A DNA stretch of 63,212 nucleotides, counting the filler. It is 12 parts of 12 records of this genome, joined end to end, with 100 filler letters (N's around TTAATTAATTAA, not from the genome) between each part and the next. Parts side by side here need not be neighbours in the genome. Positions count along the whole stretch, not along the records: positions 24,000 to 33,109 come from SRR9670534_1251; 11 more parts are not named here. The stretch is one strand, 5' to 3'. Made by a program: the position numbers and the translations under genes. Below the pieces are notes generated by a model. That model ran no database searches, was not told the DNA's origin, and was given only the letters and a program-made list of their open reading frames with translations. Below, piece by piece: positions 24,950 to 33,209 of the stretch. Numbering within the stretch: position 1 is the stretch's first letter; every line of letters begins with the position of its first letter.

Positions 24950-26072
24950 ATGGAAGAGATTTGTAATGAAATATTGAAGAAACATCTACTCAAGAACAAC
25001 TACAATCTTGGTCAGTTAGCTGAAGTTGATTTGTCGAAAGTTCTAATGAATCTTCGTCATCGTTATTGTGATATGATTGATGCCAAATCCTCAGAAAATT
25101 GGGAATTGTATTCTGATCATAAATTGGAACTGACGTTAGAGCTACTTGGCTGGTTTGAGAACGTACATGGCTTTCGTTTCAAAGAGCATAAATTCTATAA
25201 TGAAGTGAAATTTTCGAGTGCAACAATTATCGGACAGCAGAAGGTTTCCGAAATGAGTGAAGACGAACTCCGTAAATTGATGGATTTTGTTAGACCAGAG
25301 TATCTAGAAATGACCGCCTTGGAGACTGAAGTTGACGCAGATAAATTGAAGATGAGATCGAAATTTCTGACGAAACTTAATCTTGGTTTCGATAAAATTG
25401 AAATCTATCGCAAAAACGCGTACAGAGAATTTTGCTCCAATGTAATCTCGGTGGTTGGTGCTTACTTACAGCTGAATACTGAAACGATTTCCGCTGATGA
25501 ATTGGTTACTTCAGATTCAGCGAACGAATTTCATGAGAAAATTACAGATTCGGCAATCAATGACAAACTTGGGATGACGTTACAAATTGCGTCTTGGTAC
25601 TTTTTGAAGTATGGATAGTATGCTCTTGAACAAGAGTTCACAAAGTATATCAAAGATATGTATGAGGAGATCCATGGTACTTCAATGTCAGAGAAAAAAG
25701 TTGGATACATAGTCAATAAGTACCGTACAGAGTACATCAAGATGTGTGCATCTGATCCTGCAGCAAAAGCAAGTGAAGAGTTTCTGAAGAATTTTGGTGA
25801 AATTTTTGGAGCTGTTGATGGACTAGAATGGTATGTCTTACCTAAAATATGTACGTTAATAGATGGCATTATGCTCCTACTTGATCGGAATCACGTGATG
25901 TTTAAAATCAAGTTTTTTCAAACTTGTTTTTTCAATTATGTATTTAAGAATGACAGGTACTTTAGACCGTCTTATTATATCTATTCGTCGCTAATAACAC
26001 TATTATTTCAGGTCGGAAGAAGAGATGTTGAATGTTTCCAAGACGGATATGACTGGAGGAATGTCGATTTAG
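24950..26072 (+). CDS. Predicted spliced cargo gene 1 (24950-25830, 26012-26072), two copies of an unknown helical repeat; internal TAG at 25616 in this copy
   Basis: Acceptor TGTATTAG before the ATG, donor GTATGT at 25831, acceptor TTATTTCAG at 26011; spliced end WSEEEMLNVSKTDMTGGMSI*. Confidence 0.55.
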
Positions 26073-26299
26073 CGGCTAAATTAGTGCACTTGCAACTACA
26101 ATTTGGTGGTGGTTATTGCTTATTAGGTAATTCGTTCTTTAAATCCTTAAACTGCAATAAAACTCTATTTTTTCAGGTCTTTTCGTTTGTTTTATTATAT
26201 ATTTCGTATTTATGGCAGTTTCCCTTTGATGTTTGGCTTTGCAACGACTTATTACTTAAGGTAATCTTCTCATTGAGTTATTATTGTACATTTAGAGAA

Positions 26300-27459
26300 A
26301 TGAACACGGGTAAAATTCTTGCTGCTGGCTTAGCCTTTCATAAAGCTAAGGAATGGTGTGCTAGAGTTTTAAGATGCTATAAACTGTACGACGATGCGCT
26401 AGCTGGTGCCAAAATGAAGAGAATTGATACTACACCTTTCATCGCCAAGTACACAGACGAATTGGACTTTATTGTAGATGCCAGAGAGGATGAAAAAGAT
26501 GAAACATTCTTCATTAACTGCGCAACCATCCAGATGAGCTTAATCACGTGGTTTGAGAGCACATATGGACCAAAATTGCGAGAAGAGAACTTCCAAATGC
26601 TGGTTTTAAAGTCCTTCAAGAGAAAAAGTGAAAACAACGAAGATCGAGTCTCTCAAATGCCTGACATGATTCTAGAAAAGATACGTCCTAAATTCCATCA
26701 ATGGAAATGTGATGATGTGGGTGATATAGAAAAATGGATTGACAACTTTGTTGAAGAATGTATGACCGAAAAGGATGATAATAATACGAGGTATAGATTG
26801 TTTTCGTATCATAGTGTTTGTATTACACTTTTTAGACCGTTCATGCAACTTTCATGGGAAGAGAAGGAAGAGAAATTAGGACGCTTCGTTATCACGACGC
26901 TTACTAAATACCTAACGCAAAATGGTCGTCAATTAGGAGCTATTGATAAAGATGATATGAAATTTATTGTGGCCAAATTGATGGGTCAATATGTCAAAGT
27001 GATTAGCAACAATCAACAAGTAGATGGTCGTTGGTCTGCTGGTTTGTACAATGAGCTCAAAATGGTGGTATATTGTTGGTACGAGACTACTGATGGTTTT
27101 TATGAATATGACCTGATCGTCAATGACTTCATTTTTAATGCGTACAGAAACATGGTAGGCCTAGCTTCTTCAATGGCACCGAAACCAGAGATGATTTCGA
27201 AAATTCGTGACTATTGTCGTCTCGAATTAAACAGGTGTGATCTGATGCTGAATAAACACATTCCCCTTCACCTTGAGAAGGAGAATCCCATGGTTATTCA
27301 ATTCAAAGCGAAAATGCGAGAATTTTTGATAAAAGAGGGTGTTATTATCATTGTAAAGCCTGGGTATGTACTGTATGTACGTAACCGTAAATTTATTTAT
27401 ATTGTTGCATTTTTAGAAAGTATTCGTTGGAAGTTTGCTGTCCCAACGGTGGATTGTGA
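26300..27459 (+). CDS. Predicted spliced cargo gene 2 (26300-26790, 26836-27363, 27417-27459), paralog of cargo gene 1
   Basis: Acceptor CATTTAG 4 nt before the ATG; 45-nt in-frame intron; 53-nt GTATGT..TTTTTAG intron gives GKYSLEVCCPNGGL*. Confidence 0.6.
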
Positions 27460-27811
27460 AGTCTATCCCGTGACAATTATTTCAAACTGGTTCATTTATC
27501 TTTATAATCTTTGTCAAAATTTTTGTGTTTTTTACTTTGATATTCAATTTTTGAATGCAATTGAGGCGTCTAAATTTTATTTAGTATGCCTAGCTTATAA
27601 CTATTCGTTATGCTTTTTTGTACTTCTTAGAGAACCATTTTTTTGGTTTCTCATTAAGAAGTTAAGCAAATTTTTTACAAATTTATTTGGTATTTTGATA
27701 ATTTTTCACAATAGGGGTCGCCAACTATTGTTGTTCCTTATCTGCTTCGAATTAAGTTTATTACGTACTACTTTGGTACAAATACAAATGTTTTTTGAAT
27801 TGAATTTTCAG

Positions 27812-29279
27812 TCGGCAGTAAAAAGAAAACGTGGTTCTTCAGAATCTAGCGATATGGTGGATAAGGACGAAGAACTGGAACTTGAAATAAGTACCGAAAT
27901 GGCCAAGAACAACCAAATGGATCAAACTTCTGGTGATGAAAAAGCTGGTGTGCAATTCGAGAAAGGTAAACCGATAAAAGTACACGACCTTCTATGTTTT
28001 TTCCAAGACAACATTGATTGGTTTAAATGTCTCATGCAAAGATCTGGAATAACAAGTATGTTGCGTACCATGAACATTCCGCGTCCTCTTCATGAATATG
28101 ACGTATCTGACTTGAAAAGAATGTTCAAGACCAATACCATTTATGGTGATATTAGAATAAGGCTGGATAGCAACAAGACTGAACTTACCGAATCAGATAC
28201 TGCTGAATACTTCAAAACTGGTTTGACGAGTAAAGAAGATTTGGATAAGAAAGCAGATTGGCTTAAATCTTTCTTGCTCCCGTATGTTCCACCTAACAAC
28301 ACAGAAAACTGGATCGAGGTTAGAGCTAGAAAATGGGCAAGTGCAGAAGAAGCCTTTGGCTGCCAACCTTTTGAGATAATGTATGAAGATACGTCTGCTA
28401 AGCACCTTAAAGAAGAAGGTCTGAAAAAACAACCACCGGATGATGGACGGAAAAAATTTCGTACCGAAGTCATGCTTAACATGACTGTTCAATCAGAAGT
28501 GGAATTTGTCATTATTTTTGATGTATGGATGCAGTCAAAGAAGACTACTTCTTTTTTTGATGATAATCAAGCAGTTGCGCTAATTTGAGACGCGATTTCA
28601 TGGCTATCATTGGAAACGCTGTTTAATCACATGCACATTTCGAACAATGCCATCCATAGTGTCGTTATTGCAGCTCCAATTACTTTAAAATTGGGTATAA
28701 TTACTTTTATTGTGTTAATTAATTATAATACAATATTCATTAACATTATAGGAAGTGATCAGGATCGTAATTTGATTGAGAAGAAATTGACCCTAGCCAT
28801 TGACAACTTCCTTCGTCTACACCTGGTAAATCAGTTTATTCTGTATATTATCCCAGGTTGGGAAATTGCCAAAAATCCGATTGCTAATGATTTTGCCCAG
28901 GCCGTGTCACTCTGGAAAGACATCATCAAGAAATCTCAGTACAGCCAGAAAATTCGCTTAATTTCATTGGATAGCTCAAAGCTAGCTTTGATTGACAAAA
29001 AACCATGGGAGAAAATGATCTACTACGAAGATAGGATGGGGGGTTTTAGAGTTTTTGCCCAATGTCCAGATAATGGCAATGTGTTCAGAGAACTGAATGA
29101 TTTACTCTGGAAGACGATAGCCAATCTAGCGTATCTTACGGAAAATCATGATCAGCTGGATAAATTTTTGGGAGCCAAGATCGAAAGTAGGTATTTTTTA
29201 TTTAAATTTGTAAAAAAGACGAATTTTAATTCATCTATTTTTAGAAGCCTACAAGAGAAGACGCGGTCAAAAGTATTAA
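27812..29279 (+). CDS. Predicted spliced cargo gene 3 (introns 27966-28007, 28695-28751, 29187-29244); first internal ATG at 27854; internal TGA at 28586 in this copy
   Basis: Acceptor AATTTTCAG at 27811; 42- and 57-nt in-frame introns; 58-nt GTAGGT..TTTTTAG intron gives EKAYKRRRGQKY*. Confidence 0.6.
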
Positions 29280-29769
29280 CCTCCAACAATGCTTCTCCTC
29301 AACTAGAGCCTTTTATTTGCCATTTTCTCCATTATGTTTACTTTATTATATGTGTAACAGTTGAATTAAATTTTGAAAAATTCTTTATTAACAAATTTTT
29401 GAAAATTCTCTTTAACTTATTGTCTGTAGCGTTACCTTCTTTTAAGTTGTACTGTTCAATGTTTATTAATCAATTACTCTTACAGAATGTGTTGTTAGGC
29501 ATTATGATAGTATTAACGATTTTAATGTACATCAATTTATTGATATGTGTTTGTGTCGATGATAAATTTAACAATAAAGTACAACAGTGTGGTAAAAATG
29601 ACTCTAGCTCTTCTTTGATTAGAGTTAATCCAATTCAGCATGCACAACAAAATCCCAGTAACATATCCAATACTGGACAGCTGGTAACAAGAGGAAAAGG
29701 CCTTAAGATGAAATTTAATATGAGCCAACTGTTTGAAGTAAATGGAAAAAAGGTGCGTATTTTTAAAAT

Positions 29770-30365
29770 GTTTATGTACATCAATCTGCGTGGGTTACAA
29801 GGGAAACTAGCCACTTTCTTGAGGGATGCGTTGATTGATAATCAATGTATGAGTCTTACTGAGACCTGGTGGGATGATACACTACCCTTTTCTGACAACA
29901 GATTTTATGCCCATTTTACCAATAGGGGTGATTTTCATGGAGGAGCTGCACTCCTATCTCTTTCTCGCCTTGGAATTCAGAATGTATTGTACGAAACAAA
30001 AATATTTGAAATTCAAGCAAATACAATAGAACTTGATAAGTTTATTGTTACTACAATTTATAGTCGTCCTGAAACTAGTATAGTGTTAATTTACAACGCT
30101 ATTTCATCGCACCTCTTGGCGACAGAAGGGATTGATAAGGCCCATGTTTTTGTTGGTGATTTAAATTTATGTTATTACACTGACAAAAAAGCCGACATTT
30201 TGAAACTGATGTTTGAAACTAACAACTACGTAAATCATACAGCTAGGGTAACACGTATAAATGGGCATAGGGGTATTGACTGGCTTTTGATTAAAGAAAG
30301 TCCTGATTTTAAGGTAATGAACATTGAACTGGACCCTACTATTTATTCTGATCATTACACCTATA
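29770..30365 (+). CDS. Apurinic/apyrimidinic-like (APE) endonuclease domain of the element
   Basis: YINLRGL, LTETW, GGAAL, TIYSRP, VGDLN, TR...IDWLL, SDHY. Confidence 0.92.
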
Positions 30366-31096
30366 GCTTTAATTTTCAGGTAGTTGCTAAACCTCAAAAT
30401 ATTCAGAGCAAACGAATTTGGCTTTGGAACAATGTTAATTTCGATCTCTTTACAGATTGTTGGAGATGGTTGTATTTCCAAAGGATTAGAGATTTGGCTG
30501 AATCCAATGAATGTCCAGATTGGGACCTTTTTGAAGACAATCTTTCGGTAGATTTTAAAAATTGTTTAATTAAATCTTCATTGCATCAGGCAGCTAGCGA
30601 ACTTGTACCTACCAAGACTTGCACGAACAATGACAAATTTGCTAATATCTTCCAATTTAGTAAGGATCCCATAATTAAAGAGAATAAAACTCATCAAAAG
30701 CAGTTGAAAAGGGAACTGAAAATTGCCAATCAAGTGAATGACAGCAATGAGATTGAGAGAATCAAAAAGAATCTTAAGACTGCTGCTGCTGAACTTTGGG
30801 CATGGAAAAATTTGGTAAGATTTATTAAACTCAAAGAATTACGTAACACGAACAGGAAGTTCTTTTATAAAATTATAAATGATTTATCTTTTCAGACTAA
30901 AAAGAAAAAGAATGACATTTCATGCATCAAGGTAGATGGTGAAGTTATTCAAGACGCAGAGGAAATAGTGCACAACTTCAACAGATTTTTTTCTATGGCA
31001 GCTATAAAAACTTTAGCTAAGAATGGGTGGAGTCAAGAAATTATGGATGACAATTTTGGTAAAATTCCTTTCACTTGTGATGATGTTTGATTCTGT

Positions 31097-32791
31097 TTGC
31101 CTTCTGTATTGAAGAAATTACAATCACATAGAGCTGTGCCTGATATGGAATTTCCGCGTGAGGTATGGAAAGAGATAATTCTGACTAATGTCCAATTTTT
31201 TACACACTATTTTGATACAATTATTCGAACTTGCCAAGTACCGCAAGAATGGCATTCCTACGAAGTAAAACCCCTGTTTAAAAGAGGAGATCGCATGGAA
31301 TGTAACAATTATCATCCAATAGCGTTATTAAATCCTCTCTGTCTAATTTTCGAACAAATTGTACTAGATCACCTTATGAAAACTAATTGTTTAAACGTTG
31401 CAAACAATCAATACGCGTATAAGTGTGGGACAGGATGTAAAGATGCTCTTTGGAGTTTCTCCTCCATGATGGCCATTGCTAGGAAGAATAAAAAATTTTT
31501 CGGTGCTATTTCCTTTGATGCCTCTAAAGCATTTGATACTGTACAACCGAATACGCTGATGTCTATCTTAAGGGACAATGGTCTATCAAACCACATGACT
31601 GTTTTACTATTCAACTATTTAGCCATGAAAAGAATGCATATATTTATTGATGGAACAGCTTCTGACGAGGAAGATATAGTGGTGGTATGCCAACAAGGGG
31701 CCAAGCTTGGCCCCAAGTTATTTACTATTTATTTAAATAGTGTATGTCATTTAGGGCAAAATTGCTCCGTTTGTCTAGGACCCAAATTTGAAGCTTGTCA
31801 GTGTGTTCATTTAAATGATTACGCAGACGATATTGTCATCTTTGCTACAGGTGATAGTCCTGAAGAGTTGATTGGTAAATTAGAGAAGCTGGCTTTCAGA
31901 ATTATCTCTGAACTAGATAGTTTGAAAATTGTACTGAATATGTCAAATACTGAATTTTTTGTATGTCACCCCAAGGATGCTGTTCAAAGTGGTAAATTCA
32001 GGGTAAAGGTTAAGGATAATTTTATTAATAATTCTGAACAAATAAAAATTTTAGAAGCATTGTTTTCTTCGACGTCTAATGAGGAAGTGGTGTTAAATCA
32101 ACTGAAAAGACAACTTGGACCGTACTCCTTAATGGCATCATCCAACAAAATGTTCTTGTCACTCCATGAAATGAAGGTTATTTTTAACTCATATGCCTTA
32201 CCAATATTTGGTAATGGATCATTGATGTGGAACGCAGCGATTGTGAAAAAGATGGCCATTATTTTTAATTCAAAACTCAAAGAGATGATGTCTCTTTCTA
32301 CATTTGTCAGCTCGACTGCAAGTCGCTGTATCATGGATATTGACGCTTTAGGTAATTGGCTTAATAAGAATAACTCTAAGTGGATACTTAGGGGGGTAGT
32401 CAATGTGGTTGACTCCCCCATTATAAACAAACTTAGACTTATTTTATTAAATTGTAGAACTTGGCAAATTCCCCCCTTCTTTCCTGACCCCCAGCACCCC
32501 CTGGAACTATCCAGAGTGTTTCTTAACACTCATTTACAACGAACACCACCATTCAATGGCTGGCAAGAACTACTACAGTCCTCAGACCTCAAACTGAGAC
32601 AGCAAACGCTGACGAGTCTTTTGAATCAATTGGACAATGTTTGCAAGCAATCACGAAAGAATCAATGCGAACAATTTAAACAAATTACTGGCCTGAAATT
32701 AGACACAGTAAAATGGATCATAACGGAAATTCCACGAGCTGTACGTTACTTTCAATGGGACGTTAAAGTCTTACAGAAACGTAATTGTTAA
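31097..32791 (+). CDS. Non-LTR reverse transcriptase domain and C-terminal region
   Basis: PLFKRGD, NYHPIALL, NQYAY, DASKAFDTV, QGAKLGPKLF, YADD. Confidence 0.95.
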   Translation: MPSVLKKLQSHRAVPDMEFPREVWKEIILTNVQFFTHYFDTIIRTCQVPQEWHSYEVKPLFKRGDRMECNNYHPIALLNPLCLIFEQIVLDHLMKTNCLNVANNQYAYKCGTGCKDALWSFSSMMAIARKNKKFFGAISFDASKAFDTVQPNTLMSILRDNGLSNHMTVLLFNYLAMKRMHIFIDGTASDEEDIVVVCQQGAKLGPKLFTIYLNSVCHLGQNCSVCLGPKFEACQCVHLNDYADDIVIFATGDSPEELIGKLEKLAFRIISELDSLKIVLNMSNTEFFVCHPKDAVQSGKFRVKVKDNFINNSEQIKILEALFSSTSNEEVVLNQLKRQLGPYSLMASSNKMFLSLHEMKVIFNSYALPIFGNGSLMWNAAIVKKMAIIFNSKLKEMMSLSTFVSSTASRCIMDIDALGNWLNKNNSKWILRGVVNVVDSPIINKLRLILLNCRTWQIPPFFPDPQHPLELSRVFLNTHLQRTPPFNGWQELLQSSDLKLRQQTLTSLLNQLDNVCKQSRKNQCEQFKQITGLKLDTVKWIITEIPRAVRYFQWDVKVLQKRNC

Positions 32792-33055
32792 AATTTCAAC
32801 AATAGCTCTCAAGTTGGTTACAGAGTCTGGTCCAGAAAATGGAAACAATCTATTCAGGCTAATTAGTTAATTTGTCAATTGATTAGTTTATTATTCTACA
32901 TGAATTTTTTCCGACTTTATGTCGTGTTCATGATATACCTTTGTCACTGTCATACGCGTAAACTGTAGTAGTTATTTGTAGTTTCTGTTGTTTATTGTAA
33001 TTTTTATTATAATGCCATTTTTCTATTGTGTACGTATGATTACTGTTATGGTGAG

Positions 33056-33081
33056 AATAAAGGAATAGAATAGAATAGAAT
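33056..33081 (+). repeat. 3' terminus of the LINE: AATAAA followed by (GAATA)n tail
   Basis: AATAAAGGAATAGAATAGAATAGAAT; short tandem-repeat tails are typical of CR1/L2-group elements. Confidence 0.75.
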
Positions 33082-33209
33082 TTGAAATCTCTGATAACGA
33101 TTTAGTAAANNNNNNNNNNNNNNNNNNNNNNNNNNNNNNNNNNNNNNNNNNNNTTAATTAATTAANNNNNNNNNNNNNNNNNNNNNNNNNNNNNNNNNNN
33201 NNNNNNNNN

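Larger units (their letters stand above)
24080..32866 (+). pseudogene. Single giant reading frame (~2,900 codons) with isolated in-frame stops at 24752 (TAG), 25616 (TAG), 28586 (TGA), 31088 (TGA) and possibly 32789 (TAA); no frameshifts
   Basis: ORF starts 24080, 24824, 25658, 28610 and 31097 are all 2 mod 3, and the gaps between the ORFs translate without further stops. Confidence 0.85.
24000..33081 (+). mobile_element. Large non-LTR retrotransposon (CR1/L2-like APE + RT) with a ~5.7-kb cargo region upstream of the endonuclease; 5' end may lie beyond the contig
   Basis: APE and RT motifs; T-rich 3' UTR, AATAAA at 33056 and (GAATA)n tail; one continuous frame links the cargo region to EN-RT. 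Confidence 0.85.

Noticed and set aside
29590-29770. 2A-like ribosomal skipping peptide before the APE domain
   Set aside because: No D(V/I)ExNPGP motif; LIRVNPIQ and QQNPS do not match
24752-32791. Alternative genetic code or programmed readthrough as the explanation for the giant-frame stops
   Set aside because: Stops are of mixed type (TAG, TAG, TGA, TGA, TAA), lack a shared readthrough context and fall inside domains, while host genes use all three as terminators; point decay is simpler
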